Assembly (NCBI GenBank): GCA_012862495.1
Contig: BLSG01000073.1
Span: 28,437-80,752 of the forward strand
Reading direction: 5' to 3'
DNA length: 52,316 nucleotides
DNA from: Thraustochytrium aureum
Lineage: Eukaryota
Position 1 is the first letter of the stretch. Every line of letters starts with the position of its first letter. The notes below the pieces were generated by a model, which was not told where the DNA came from, ran no database searches, and was given only the letters and a program-made list of their open reading frames with translations. A program made the translations under genes and the position numbers. Of this stretch, positions 24,090 to 38,300 are shown piece after piece.

Positions 24090-25650
24090 CTGCGGAGATC
24101 TTCGAGCGGTCAGCCGCCTCTTTCGCAGACGTGCTCGGAGTACTCAACCGGGTGTACACGTGCCTTGGGGCTGCGATGTGGACCGCCAGTGAAGGCTTTG
24201 ACGGCATCCTCTGCACCGCCCTGACGAGGTCGATTGCGATGCACGTTGCGGAGAAACGCGAGATACCGTGCCTCTGCGCGCATTTTGTGGCCTCTGATGT
24301 GCCGACGCGCGAGTTCCCGCCTTGCGAATACGTCGAGAGCGGCCGAGCGTTGCGCGCCGCCTTGCCGTGGCTCAAACCCTGGCTCAACAAGGCTTTGTAT
24401 ACATTGCGCGGCCTGCAGATCGTTCGCGCGGCGCTCTCCACCGGCCTCGCTGAGAGCGACAAGAGCCTCCGCCGCACGATCGGCCTGCCTGACGCAGACC
24501 CGCTGCGCAGCTTGCGCGAGGTCCAGGCCCAGCCCAGCTTCCACGCCTACTCGCCAAGCCTGCAGGCAGCCCCAGCCGACTGGCCACCAAACGTCGTCCT
24601 CACAGGCTTCTGGCGCCTCGCGCAGACTGGCGCATCACGCTCTAGCCGAGCAGGTGAGCTCGAAGCGTTTTTCCGGGCGGCCTCGACGCAGAGCGCCAAA
24701 GTCGTCTTTGTGACGTTTGGGTCCATGGAGCGAGTCAACGACCTCCTCGACGCGGTTGTTGCGCTCTGCGCTCGCCGAAATNNNNNNNNNNNNNNNNNNN
24801 NNNNNNNNNNNNNNNNNNNNNNNNNNNNNNNNNNNNNNNNNNNNNNNNNNNNNNNNNNNNNNNNNNNNNNNNNNNNNNNNNNNNNNNNNNNNNNNNNNNN
24901 NNNNNNNNNNNNNNNNNNNNNNNNNNNNNNNNNNNNNNNNNNNNNNNNNNNNNNNNNNNNNNNNNNNNNNNNNNNNNNNNNNNNNNNNNNNNNNNNNNNN
25001 NNNNNNNNNNNNNNNNNNNNNNNNNNNNNNNNNNNNNNNNNNNNNNNNNNNNNNNNNNNNNNNNNNNNNNNNNNNNNNNNNNNNNNNNNNNNNNNNNNNN
25101 NNNNNNNNNNNNNNNNNNNNNNNNNNNNNNNNNNNNNNNNNNNNNNNNNNNNNNNNNNNNNNNNNNNNNNNNNNNNNNNNNNNNNNNNNNNNNNNNNNNN
25201 NNNNNNNNNNNNNNNNNNNNNNNNNNNNNNNNNNNNNNNNNNNNNNNNNNNNNNNNNNNNNNNNNNNNNNNNNNNNNNNNNNNNNNNNNNNNNNNNNNNN
25301 NNNNNNNNNNNNNNNNNNNNNNNNNNNNNNNNNNNNNNNNNNCAGCACTGTTCGCTGGAGTGCCGAGCCTTGTCGTGCCGGTCCTCGCCTGGTCAGACCA
25401 GCCGTACTGGGCCCGCCTCGTGGCCAACGCGGGGTGCGGCGCCGCCCTAGCGCGTGACGAGGCGTGTGGAAGTCGACTTGAGCAGGCCCTGACGGCCGTC
25501 TTGGGCGAGGAGGCGGCGCGTACGTCACAGGTGATGCGGGACAAGCTGGAGGCCGAGGAGCCTGGCCAGGATGTTGCCGCTTGCATGCTTGCGGCGTACC
25601 TTGACGCAGCCCTCGCCCCCAACCCTGCGGGGAAAGAAACGTCGAGCTAG
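24090..25650 (+). CDS. Glycosyltransferase family 1 (sterol 3-beta-glucosyltransferase-like), partial; 5' end and middle in N-gaps
   Basis: HVAEKREIP, PTREFPP, AYSPSLQAAPADWPPNVVLTGFW and VFVTFGSM; after the gap ALFAGVPSLVVPVLAWSDQPYWARLV (UDP-sugar-binding signature); TAG 25648-25650. Confidence 0.85.
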
Positions 25651-26340
25651 CTAGGTACCCGCCTAGAGGCCCCCGCAAACAGCTTCTGACTCTGTCTCGC
25701 CTTTCCGGTACTCGGAGCGATGCGCACGCGCTCGCTCGGCGACCCTTCCGTTTACGTATCCCCCANAAGACGTGCAGGTCTCTCTCGAGAGCTAGCTAGC
25801 TCTGGAGGAGAGACGACGAGGTCCTCGCTGACAAGGCGCTGCTTGCTCACAAAGAAACCTTGGCGCCTCCAGATCAACGCAGCAAATCACACCAAGCGGC
25901 TGTACAATGTCGCGCAAGGGACGTACCGCCATAGAGAAGCCTGTGCGGCCACCGCAGCCGTCTCCAAGTCCTCCCGGCACGCGCTCGAACATTATGTTTT
26001 GGGCTCCGTCTGCGATGGAGTTCTGCAACGAGAGTTGTGCCACACCCAACCGTTGACACAGGAGAGCAAAATGTGTCGTTTTGGGAGACCACCGGCCGGC
26101 CGGCGAGCCCGCCACCGCGAGCAGTCAGCGAATCAATCTCGCCCTTGCGCACTCAGGCCCAGCGCGCAGTTGCCAGAGAGGCACTGCGCGGCACGCGGGC
26201 CCGCCCGCCCGCCCGCCCTCCCTCATCGCTGCCGCCGCGCTCGAACGGCTCGCCTGATTTACTTACGCCCACCGCGCCAACATCGGCGAGGTCGACGGGG
26301 GTGGCGCTCGTCGGCGTGCTGGCGCGGAAGGGCCGGTGAG

Positions 26341-29300
26341 ATGCTGCAGCACTTGAAGTCGCGCGTGCTCGGCTCAAAGCAAGTCGATGGCGACGAGGAT
26401 GGCGACAACCTGAGCGCAGCAGAAGACTCGGCTCGCAGTGGTGGCGCAGCGGGAAACCAGCAGGACCGCGAGGCGAGCGACAGCGAGGGGGCCGCTGTCA
26501 AGCTCGAGTGGGCCGTGCGGGTTTCGGTCGAGAACCCGAACGTCAGGGCCTTACTGCTCCCGGAGCGTGTGGCCAGGCAGAACGTGGCAAGTCGCGGCCG
26601 GACCGATGCCGATGCCACGATGGCGCGAGCGGCCTCCACAGAAGCCGCAGTGGACGAGTACCGCATTTCGGAAGACCAAATAGCAAACGCTTGGCTGCAT
26701 TTTGGCCTCTTCGCCGCGGCGCGTGAAGCAGGGGACGACACTGCCCCTCAGGCGCAAGCAAGTCTCGGCTTGCTTCAGTGCCTCCCAGCTGGCTACGCTC
26801 GGCGAGGTGGATTGCCGGCTGGGGCAAGTGCAGTAAGAGTTCACGAGCTGCGGCTGCTCAGCGATACGCGTGCTCTCGTTGAAAAATGTGTAGCTCGGAT
26901 ACATGTCGAGCGGGTCGCGGCAATTGCGCCGCCAAAACCCACCGGGATGTGGAACATAACTATCAACTCGGGCCACGCTTTGGGCGCTGAACTGCCCGGG
27001 ACGAGGCTGCGAGTGCGGGCGTATTTTCCTGGCGATCCAAGGCACACTGCTGGCGAGACAGAGGACGGCGTTCCGCAAGTAGGCTGCAGCACACCAACTG
27101 TCGCCTGGCACGACACAATCGGCCTACGGGGCGTCGCAAGTCGCAGAAAATCGTTTCGCCTAGTTCTTCTTGTAGATGGTGCAGAGATTGAGCGCGAGCT
27201 GCGGCTCGCGCCGACGTCGGCCGAACTGCCGATAGAGTTTTGCAACCCCCAGAGTTCGAAATCGCTAGTCGTTGGGGTTGAGATCAAATTCGACCCGGAC
27301 GACGGCGGCCCAGACTCTGATCAGCATGTTGAATCGATCGCTGCTGGGAGCAGAATGAATGTGGTGCTCCGTCGGCTTTCGCTTCGAGGGGTGCCAGAGG
27401 CATTGCTGCCAGACGAGGCTGGACTCAGTTTTCACCTCTGCGTTGGCACATCGGGAAGGACCCTCGACGGCCCGATTGTCGCGCCGTCGAGCTTTGCGCC
27501 TTCACTGCGCCGCCGTAGCTGGGCAGACCGAGATCTCGACGTCTATCCGGACGGTCTAGTTGTGCAAAGCCACCTTCCTGCCTTTGAAGTGGTGCGTCTC
27601 TCTGTTGTCTCAAGCCAGGCGGGTCAGCTGCAGGAGCTCGGGGCAGCTCTGATTGTGGGGCTCCCATCGCTTGCGGGAGGCCACGATGCGGTTTGGCTCC
27701 CAATCTGGGCGCCCAGCGTCGTTGCTCACAGCCAAAGGCGGCCTGAGAACTATCTCGGCGAGGTATTGATCGGGCTCGAAAGCTTTGCCGCTGACGCAGA
27801 AAGCACGGAGCCTGTTGGCCGAGCGGCGCGGTCTCGTGGACGTGACGAAGACCAGAGCGCGGCGCCACATCCCTCAGACCTGCTCCTTTGCCTTGAGGAA
27901 TTCGGCGGTGTCGGGTATGCACCGTACACTGGGCCAACAGAGCTGTACGCACAGGTGGAGATCCAGACCCTCTCGCAGCTCGCGCGTCCAGGGGACTCTC
28001 CTGAAACGGTCTTTTCCTCAAGAACAAGCGTCTTGCAGATGCCGTTTGCCCTCGACCGCGCGTTTCGGTTCCCTGCGCCAGCGCCAGGCCACCCGACTGA
28101 CTCGCGGACTTTTTGCGTGTCGAGATGCGCTCCGTCCGCCACGTACCGCTTGGCGTTGCGACCGTTGTCATAGACGCCGCGCTGCGTGGAGAACGCGCAG
28201 TCGACGTTGCCTGCCCGCTAGCACGAGGGGTCCTTTTACTGACTCTTCAAAGAGCTAGTCCTTGGGGTACGTGTGGGCGTCGGCCAACAACCCTCGACCT
28301 GCCGCCAGTCCTCGTGCAGGTACTGGAGGCGCGCAAGATTCGCATTGTGGCCGAGTCGCAGCCCAAAGTTCACCTCGAGGCCTCAGACGGGGGAAGCGAA
28401 AAGCAGGTCAGTGCAATCACCACAAAAGCGCCGAGCGGCGGCGGCTCCAATCCTCAGTGGGATCAACAACTCGAGCTGGCTCGGCGAGACGAAGCGTGGA
28501 TGTTTGTTGCAAGTGTCTTTTCAGGGAGCGAACTGCTCGGCATTGTCACCCTGCCTTCGAGCGCCATCTCGCTCGACCAAGATGAGGGGCCGGTTTGGCT
28601 GCCGCTTTTGTTCAAAGGCAAGTTTGCGGGGGAAATCAAACTGGAGATGTCGCGGCCCAAACTTATCGCGCAACGACCCACTCCTCGACGCGAATCCCTG
28701 GACGTTGAAACGGCTAGCGTCTCATCCGGACGGCGCTTTGAGCGAGACAGCCGCCGCCCGTGCTCTTTCATCTACGTCACGATCGAGCAAGCCCAGCTGG
28801 TAAATCGGTCAGGCAGCTCGAGCACTTACACAAGACTCGCTGGAACAGAGGCAGCGGTCAAGCTCAAGTCCCGAGCGTCGTGGCACATGACGCCGAGCAA
28901 AGTCGTCGACGGGCCATTTCCCGCGTTTTTCGACTCACGGCTTGGGCCGTTCAAGGTCGAGTCCCACGAGACCGAGGCGGTTTTTGCAGTCTCGCTTGAG
29001 CACGAAAACCTATTTCATGCGCACAGCCAGACACTAGCTGCTGGGCAGCTTCGACTCACCCTCCGGGACGCGGCGGGGCTTGCGCGACTCGAGGGCGAGG
29101 CACGCCTCGAGTTCGAGCAAGGTGCCGGGTTTGTCGACCTGCACTTCGTGGTGCGCGATGGGCAACTCACGCAACCACTTTGCGGTGCTCTCTGCGGCAA
29201 CGAGAATAGCTCAGCAGACAACGCAGCGCACCTGGTCAAGCTCATGCTGCCGCTTGCCGTTCGCGCAAGCGAGGTCTCCATCACGCAGGTCACGCTTATG

Positions 29301-32300
29301 CTCGAGGAAGAAGACGACCGGGGCTCATGCCTGCTTCGGCTCGTTTCGTCAGACCGCTTCGCCGACGGAAGCGAGCGCGACCACCTCGAATTCATCGGGG
29401 TCCTGCCAGTGAGGCCCGGCGACCAAAACCTTGCGAGACGCTTTGCGAAGCTTGCCGTTGCCTTTAACGCGGCGGAGTTAGGCCGCGAGCTGGATTTGCA
29501 GCAGTTTCAGCTTTCCGATGGCACCGATCCAGCTCGTTCACACGAGACGAGTCCCGCATCGCAAAACCCGGCCCAAGGAAACAACTGCCTGTTTCGGCTC
29601 ACTGGAGTTCAAGTACCCGTGGTTGGGCCGACGGCCGTCGTCGCGGTGGTGCCGTATGACGCTGTGCTCGCTGCCGCCAGCAAGATGCGCATCGACGTTC
29701 TCAGCGCTGAGGGCTTCTCGCTTCCTGGAGAGTACGCTGTGCAACTCACGCTCTTGCGCAGTCCAGAAACGGGAAAAGACGACTGCTCGAGCACGCGGCT
29801 CGTCAAGTTCGAGGGCGGCTCCGCACCGCTCTTTTGGGGCGAAACGTTTGAGTTTGATACGCACAGGAAAGCTTGCCTTGCGCTCAGAGTGCGCGTCTGC
29901 GCCTTCGACAAGACCGGTGAGCTTTGTGTCACGTGCGAGTCCCTTCTGGCGATCGATCACCTTTTCACTCGCTCGGGCGACGCAGCTTGGTGCGAGCTCT
30001 CAATCAAGCAAGCGGGAGCTAGAGAGGGCGAGTTGCAGGCTGCTAGAGTCCAGCTACGCGCCAGCCCTGTGTCTAGCAAGGCCCGGACCAAGCCAACGGG
30101 GCCAGCGCAGCGCGAAGGGCGCGAAGGCTCCATGGAGGGCCGCGATGGCCTCGACAAGTTCCGCAGGGCCTTTGAGCGATTCGACGTCTTGGGTGCTGGG
30201 GAGATCCCCGTCCACCTTGTTGGACAGCTCGTGCGCGAGCAGCTTGCCTTTCTACTTCCTGCAGCACAGTCCCAGGACCTGACAAATGAGCTCGCTCTCC
30301 TCGACCAGAACAGCGATGGCGTCGTGACCTTGGACGAGTTCCTCGCGTGGGTCCTGGCAAAGCAGAAAGCACTGCTTGGTGGCCAAGACAGCATCCACAC
30401 AAACGAAAGTGATCAGCGATCGGGAGCAAACGCGCTGGCGGGCATCCAAAAACAAGATGATCCCGTGCTCCGTGTCACTGTCAAACAGGGGCAGATCGCC
30501 CGTCGCGTTGGCTGTCGCGTTTTCCTCAGAGTCAGTGGCGAGCTGGAGAAGCGTGCAACCGACGCTGCGACGGCCCCACGTTGCAATGGCAGCAGCCCCA
30601 AACCTTTGCCTATGTCTTGCCCAACGTCGAGGCACGGACGCTCGAGCTAGCTGTGGTCGAGCTGAATACGGGCCGGCGACTCGCGTGGAAGTCTAATCTT
30701 GACGTCTCCGATCTTGTCGCGCACGCGCAAGACCAAGAAACGCTGGTCAGCTTGGAGAGCTTCCCCACCAAGGTTGTCGTGGAGGTGCTGAGCGCTGCCG
30801 GGCTTCGCGCTGCGGATTCAAGCGGAATCTTTTCGCGAAAGCTGGTGTCAAGCGATCCATACTGCCTTGTCCAAATCGGTCGCGCCCAGCGAAAGACAAG
30901 CGTCGTGAAAGCGTCGCTGAACCCTGTCTGGCGCGAGAAACTCGAATTCGTGCTTGACGCAGACTCTGGTCTCGAGCTCTCCCCTGATGGCGCTGTCTTG
31001 GTGAAGTTGCTGGTCAAGGACCGCGACGCTTGTCCTTCAACGACGACTTTTTGGGGTCTTGCGAAGTCTGGTGCGGCCAGGACCTGCGAGAAGAGCGCGT
31101 GCTTCTTGAAGGTGAAAGAGCTCAAGGCTCTGTGCTCGTGCGAACGCGCATCGAGGCTGTTGAGCGCGCGAATGTCACCCTAGACTGCGAAGTGAGCGCC
31201 GCGGGCTCAAGCGCAGATGTGCACACAAGGGCAACTGTCGAAGCCTTGACAGATCGGATGGCTGAACGGGAGGCAGCTTTGCACATGGCGCTGACTAGCT
31301 CCTGCGAGGCCCAGGATTTGCTGTCACAGACCTGGGCCTTGCACAACGCAATGTCGATCGGCAAGGCGTGGGCAACCGAAGGCGGCGCCAACGATGTGCG
31401 TGCGAAGGACCCAGCCGAGGTCTTTCATGGAAGCAAGATCGAGGAGCTCCAGGCGGAAGCCGACGCGGTGTGCCAGCGGGCAAGAGCGCTTGCAAAAGAT
31501 GTCAATGGAAGGGATCGGCAGGGCCTCGTGCTCGAGTGCCGAGCTCAAGCTGCTGCGGTGATGGGCCGCACGCAGGAGTTGCTCGACTATTTTGCTCGGA
31601 CACAGATCGCGCAGCTGTTCAAGAGCGTCTACTTTACGCAGTATCTAGATCCGCTTGTCTACGATGCGCTTCTGCAAATCTCCAGCCAAGTTTCTGGGGT
31701 GCTGCGTCGCGCGCCGGACTCTGGCTTGGCGGCCCGCAACGCACGCACACCATTCAAAGACGCCGGACCGCGCATGTTGCAGCATCCTGACCGGATCGTA
31801 ACGAGCTTGCAAGACGAGACCGGGTCGACGGAGGCGGGACGTCGGGTGCTGGGCAAGGGACTCCTTGCCGCGCTCGGTGAGCAAGACACGAGGGCCCAAC
31901 AAATTCGTGCCGAGGCTCTTGGCGAAGCTGCAGGTGTCGACTGGCAAGCCCTCGTTGGGCAGCTCAAATCGCACCCTGCCGATCCGGAAACCCGGCAAAT
32001 CTTTCACGCTTGTCGACCGTTTGTGCTTGGTGCAGACCTCGACGCCCGTCCGCCGAGCCCGCGCCAGATTGGGCGCGTCGCTGAGGAGGTTGAAAGAATC
32101 AGGTCAAACCACGCAATGCTGCGAAAGTTCTTGGCAGGCGAAGATGACCGGTTTGAGGACCGTCGCCGGGCAATTTGCGAAGCAATTCGTAACTCTGGGG
32201 ATGCGCACGACCTGCTCAGCCGTCTCGTTGACCCAACCTACCGACTTCAGTCGCGCAATGCCGCAGACATGTACTTTGCAAAGCAGATCGTATCGGTTGG

Positions 32301-35300
32301 CACCTGGAGCTCGGACCTTTCGCAAGTGGTGTCGGAGCTTGTAGAGCTTGAGCTGAGTCTGCGGCGAGACGCGGCTGAGCACTCACGGGATTTTGTCTCG
32401 CGCTGCCGGGCGGTCATCGATGTGCTTGATGAGTGCGGTGCTCCTGGCGCCGAGAAACTCTCGCAGTTTGCTCGAGTATGTCTGGAGAATGGTTTGGATG
32501 AAGCGCAGGGAGCCCCCGATTCTGCCGCTCGCGATGTACCGGTAGATGGGGTCCGAGACTTTTCGGGTTTAGCTCCGCTGTCGAGAGTCGACCTAACCGT
32601 CCTCGGGTCTTTGGGTGCCGTCCAGCACGGTCACATGGAGGCCTTTGAAGTTTTGCAACGGTTCCTGTACAAGGGCACAGACACGGAGGATCTCGGCACC
32701 AGTGAAGTGTGCGCCCAAATAGCGCGCCGCCTGGTCTTCGATGCTCGGAAGAAGGCAATTGATGTGGCGCTCCAGAAGCGGATAAGCGAGCAGGTTGGCG
32801 CTGTTCGTGTTCGCGAAAGCGCTACCTATCGCGACTTCGTCAAGAGCGATTCGCCATTGCTGGAACCCGCGGAGCTCGCTGAAGCTGCGCGTCGCGCGGC
32901 CGCGAGCATTATCAAGGATGATTTTTGGCCGCTTGAAAAGGTTCTCGAGCTCCCAGGCCAATTCTGCGTGGAGGTGCAGGATTTCGTTGAGAGCTCGGTT
33001 GGCATTCTGCAAAGGAGGGGCAGCAACGTTGTGCTCGCCGCGGCCCAAGTGGAGCAAAACGGCGCTCGCGCGCCAGGGGCTACCAGAGCTAGCCAGGACG
33101 TGGTGCTCGGGAGGAAATCGCAGCCGCTCGTCGCAGGTCTCGCTCACTGCCGAAGCGCCGGCGAACAAAGACTCGCGGTCGAGCTTCTTCCTCAACAGCT
33201 CGCAAGCGACGGCGAGGTCTATGTGCATCGTGTGCACCTTGACGTTGCCGATCTCGTGCGGAAACCTGGGGTGCTGTGCGCTGGGTGGTATCCGACTGTG
33301 CGCGAGAGGCTGCCCCGCCCTCGGCAAGGCATTCTCCATGTCTTGCTATCTGGCCCTCAAGCCGGCAGCTCGGAGGCTGGTCCGCGGTATTTGCACGCTT
33401 CGCTCATCGGCGGGGAGGCGATAGGCCGATCGCGCGTCAACGCAAGCTGTTCGCTTTTTCTGGCCAAACAGAGCGAGACCGAGAGATCGCTTCGCCTCGT
33501 GTTTCCAGGGTTTGACCCGCGGAGGTCGTTTCGATTGGGGCCCGACGTTGGCAAGTCAAACGCTGCGAGTCCCGTACCCGATGAACCTGCGGCCCAAATC
33601 GAGTCGGAGAGTGTCCAAGTCCAGCTGTTCCTCTCCCATGATAGGGCCGGAAGCCAACCTTGTGGAGACGCAGTTTTCGTCTCTGTATCGACGCTACAGG
33701 GGTCTGAGCCTGTCGTGGCTTCCCTTTCAACCAAGGCCGGGGATCCAGCTGTTGCTCGGGTCAGCTTTGTGGCGCAAGACGGAGCTTGCGAGAGCGCAGA
33801 ACGCGAATGGGCGGTCGACAAGCTCGCGGCAGCGTATCGCGGCCACCGCGTTCGCCGCCAGAGGCACTCCCTCGGCACGCTCAGGCTAGAGTTGCACGGC
33901 CACGAATCTTCTCAATCCGCTTGGGAAACTGAGCGAGTCGCTCTCCAGTAGAATTCGTGTCTGGCACGGCGCAACCGAGCTTGCAGCTTCTGGGGTGGCT
34001 CGACGCGCTGGACCGTCGCCTTGCTGGTCCGCACAAGTGCACTTTGTTTTGACGTGCCGTCATACCCGCGAGACGAAATCCTACGCTTTGAAGTTGAGGA
34101 AGCCGAGACACACGATGAGCTGATTATTGGGCACAGCATCGCCTCAGCAGAGATACGCAAGGTCAAACTGGTACAGGCAGCCAAAGGCGAGAGCGCCGCA
34201 GGGGCCGGTTCGTTGGCCTGGGACAAACTCAGCCGAGGCCTTCGCTACAAGTCAGCGAGGAAGGTTCTCGTGCACGTAATCCGCGCAAAGTTTCGGGACA
34301 GGTTCACAGACCTGGCGAGAGCCACGGCGACAGTCTTGCTAGGAGCTCAAGGTTCCCGGCGCGCGCGCGGCAACAAGAGGGGCACGGCCCAGGTGCCTGT
34401 CGGTGGCGACGGCGTCGCCGAGTGGGGCGAAGGTTTCCACTTTGACGGCACCGCGGACGCGATCTCGGTGCATGATTGCGTCCAAATTGACATTCACGTT
34501 GGCGAGGATGGCAGCGACCTAGGCGAGCGCAGTGCTGCCGGTGGCACAGGCGCCAAATCCGCTCCGTTGCGGGCTTTCGTCCTCAAGCTTGATTTGACGC
34601 AAGCCTTTTCAAGCGCGGGAACAAAGTCCACTCGCTGGGTGCGAAACGACGACGGCTCCGTGGCTGTCCTTGTAAAGTGCTTGGTGGACGGCCTCGTTGA
34701 CAGCGAAAGCAACAACGCCGTAGTGCCACAACTACGGATCACAGCCGCGACCCTTGCGATTGGTAGCAAAGCGCGGTCTGCGGCCGGTGAAGGCGATCTC
34801 TCACAGGTCGGGAGCGAAGTGATCTACCCGCCAGGCACACTCGCCGTGCAGGTGATCGAGGCAGACTGCCTCGCCAGCGCCCCAGTCCGGCCGCGCGTTG
34901 TTGCGACACTGCTGCCGTGGGGAAGCTCGAGCGCCGAGGGGCGGGCGCGGACGAATCGCTGCTGGTCTGACGGCAAGCACGCGCGCTGGGTCAAGAGCGA
35001 TCAAAACCAGCTTGCGCTTGCGTTTCCGGGCGCTTTAGGTTCTCAGCTCGATGGGATTCAGCTTCTCGCAGAAGTTCTCATCGCGGAGGACGTGGTCCTC
35101 GGCGTGGCTAGTATCGATATCACAAAGTGGTTGGCGGCGCCGCAGGAGGAGACTACGGAGTGGTTTCCACTCGCATCGGCATCGGGCGTCGGGTCACCCA
35201 ATGGGGCAGGATTTCCAAGTCGGATTCGACTCAAAGTAGCCTTTTCGCCATTGAGCCGGGGCTCGGCGGGAGCCATGGGCGACCAAGTCAGACTTGCGGT

Positions 35301-38300
35301 GGTGTTCAAGCCCAGAGTTGCGACGTTCTGCGAGGCGGAAAGCCAAGAGCTGACCGGACAACAGGAGGCGCGCCCTCGCGACCAATGGGTCCGCGCTGTT
35401 TCGGCCATCAAAAGCAAGAACGGCGCCGCTCTTCGTTCTCTTGTCCAAGACGACCCTGTGCTGCTTCAATTCCAATCCCGGAGCGGGCTTACGCTACTGC
35501 ACTTTGCGTGCGCGCGAGGAGACGCGGAGGCGGTCTCGATATTGGTCGAGCTTGGGGCAGACTTGTCCGCCCGTGACCACGAGGGGCGCAAGCCAGCGGA
35601 CTTGGCCAGGAATATGCGGGTGCTCCGCGCAATCGGCGAGCTAGCGCCAAATGCCGTTCTCATCTCGAGGGAAACGCAGATAGGGGGCCTGGAACGTCTT
35701 TTGGGAGCCCTGTCAAGCGGGCGAGGGAGCTGCACCGAAGGCGACGGGACAGCTCGGAGCGACGACGCGCTTGACGTTGAGCACGGAGAACCCCTTTCCC
35801 CGCGAACAAGGCCATCGTTGTCTGGTGCCGACGCAGAGAGTAGGGGGAAGAAGCCCGACGTCACGGACTCGACGATTAAGGCTCAAGCAATCCAGATGAT
35901 TCGAGACATTGCTCGCGCTGCAAGCGCGGTCGAGGTTTTTGAGCTCTTCGACATGGACGACGACGGCATGCTCGACACGGACGAGTTTGAAGGCAGCATG
36001 CGCGTTGCACTTGACGTGAAAGAAGGCGTTGCCGATCCTCGCCTCCGCGTCGTGCGGGCTATGGCCCTCGAGCTCTGCCAGTCGCGCACCCGATACGGCG
36101 AGAGTTCTAAAACGTGCACGCTGGCGGAGTTTGCGACATACTTTGGGCTCGATCGCAGCCTCCGGCGCTCGAGCACGGCGGCAGCGGATCAAAGGCTGCG
36201 AGCACACCTTGCGCAGAAGAACTTTGCAGTTGGAGTAAACCCGTCAAAACTGTGGGCCGAGGACGAGGAGACGCGAAGCCTTGCTAGGGGCGACCGGCGC
36301 GCTCTTGTCAAAGCGCTGGCGAGCCTAAAAATGGCAGAGCATGCCGTTTTCCAGCAGGCGGTAACGGCCCTTGTTGAGCGCGCGCGGCAAGACCCCGATT
36401 TCGTGGAGGCAACCTTTGGTGTCGCGCTGATGCGCGAGGGCTTTGTGGAGGCAGTTGCCAGGTGCTCCGGCCTGTCAAGCTGGAACTGCAGGTTTGCCCA
36501 GCGCGTCTTGGAGCGCTTTGAAATTTCACCGGGAAATGACCGCGGCAACACGACCAGGGAACTGGTCGAGGACGCAGTCGCAAAGGTCAAGAGCGTGGTC
36601 GCAAAGAATGGTCAAGCCGCCAAAGCCGCGATCGACAGTGCGAACGACAAGCTCTTGCAGCTTGTGGTTGACCTCGTCCAAGACTCTGACGCTGCAGATG
36701 CGGGATTCGAGTCCGAGTCCGTTCGGCTCTTTGAGTGCCTTGATCTGAACGAGGACGGCTTCCTCGACAGGTTTGAGTTCCACACATGCATGCGGGAGCT
36801 CGGCGTGCAAGACGAGTCGGCGATGGACCAGTTGTTCGCGCTTCTTGACACTGATGGAGATGGGCGGGCGAGCGTTCAAGAGTTTGTCGGCCAGTGGACA
36901 ACTATATTTTTCGGAAGCGCGCTGCTCTGCACCGTGTGCTGGAGTCGCTACGGGTAGGGCGTGCGCAGGAGGATCAGCGCCGGGGCGGCACGCGGGCTTC
37001 GCTTGCCCGCAAGCTGCGTCTTCTCCGTTCTGCGTCCGCTGCTGCCGAGGCTAGCCCCCAGCTTGGCCGGAGGTCAGCCAGACGACCGCCAGGAGGGCCG
37101 GGGGTCTTTCGGCGGCGCTCCTGGGGCGAAGACGGCGCCTTGGAAGTCGACTGGGTTGCGGTCGTTCAAGTTGGCGACCGGCGCTGCTTTCGCCACGTCG
37201 ACGTCGTCTCCTACGACCCGTTCAGGGAGTCGCTGCTGCGGCGAGANNNNNNNNNNNNNNNNNNNNNNNNNNNNNNNNNNNNNNNNNNNNNNNNNNNNNN
37301 NNNNNNNNNNNNNNNNNNNNNNNNNNNNNNNNNNNNNNNNNNNNNNNNNNNNNNNNNNNNNNNNNNNNNNNNNNNNNNNNNNNNNNNNNNNNNNNNNNNN
37401 NNNNNGGTTGTGTCCGTTTCCTCGCGCCACCCCGGGAATCCAGATGAGCGCGGCACCAAGGTTCTGAGGAAGCTACAGCGCCGGCTCGATGCTCTCGAGG
37501 CCATGGGCGACCTTGCTGCCTGCAAGGTCCAGCGCCTCTTTCAGACCCACCTCGCCAAGCAGGCTGCGCTCGTCAGAGTCCGTGAGCGGCGCGAAGAGCT
37601 GCGGCAAGAAGCGCGTCGGCACGGCGCAGCAAGGACGATCCAGTGCGCAGCTCGAGGGGCAGAGGCGCGAGCCCGGCGCGCAAAGCTCGCATTTTTTAAG
37701 CGGAAGCGAGAGGAATTGCTGCGTCTCCAGAGCAAGGCCGGGACCAAGATCCAAGCCCGCGCTCGGGGTTATATCGTGCGGCAGCAGCTGATGGCGCGGC
37801 GGGCGGACGAGAGACTTGCTGCAGCGGTGAAAGTGCAGGCCCAGTGCAGGGGCTTTCTCGTGCGCTCAGCGGATCTCCGTGCAACCAAGGCGGTGCAGGA
37901 GGCGATCAAGTCCTGCTTGCGAGGCCCGCTGAAGAAAGGGATACGGGCGCGCATTTCGGTGGATGCGCCGCGCCTCTCCGCGGACCTCGTGAGACTCGAC
38001 TTGTTCTTGAATCCGTTTTTTGGCCGAGAGGCCGCAGGCGCGCCGAGCCGCGGGGATCAGCATTCGGCCACAGATGTTGGGAAGAACGCAGTCTATGCTC
38101 TCGAATCCTTGCCAGCGTCGCGGGAATCTCTTTCGAAGGCCGCAGCGCTGCTGCAAGTTGAGCGCGTCGTTGCACTTCTCGGTAGCTATGGGATCAGCGA
38201 CGCGCAGACACAGTTGGGCCCAAGCGCCCTTGGAAACGCACGCGGCGAGGAAACGTTCAGTGGCGCTCTGCGCAAAGCGTTGGAATCTGGCGAGAGGGCC

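Noticed and set aside
25720..26340. 207-codon upstream extension of the giant ORF
   Set aside because: The translation is Arg/Pro/Ala-rich and non-coding-like. ATG 26341 is the more plausible start, although an upstream start cannot be excluded.
33949..33951. In-frame TAG between two same-frame ORFs (31030..33951 and 34021..36957), suggesting readthrough or TAG reassignment
   Set aside because: An alternative frame from ~33900 to ~34050 reads TNLLNPLGKLSESLSSRIRVWHGATELAASGVARRAGPSPCWSAQVHF, a sensible C2 segment. Compensating 2-nt and 1-nt indels therefore bypass the TAG, and TAG is the normal stop in this window.
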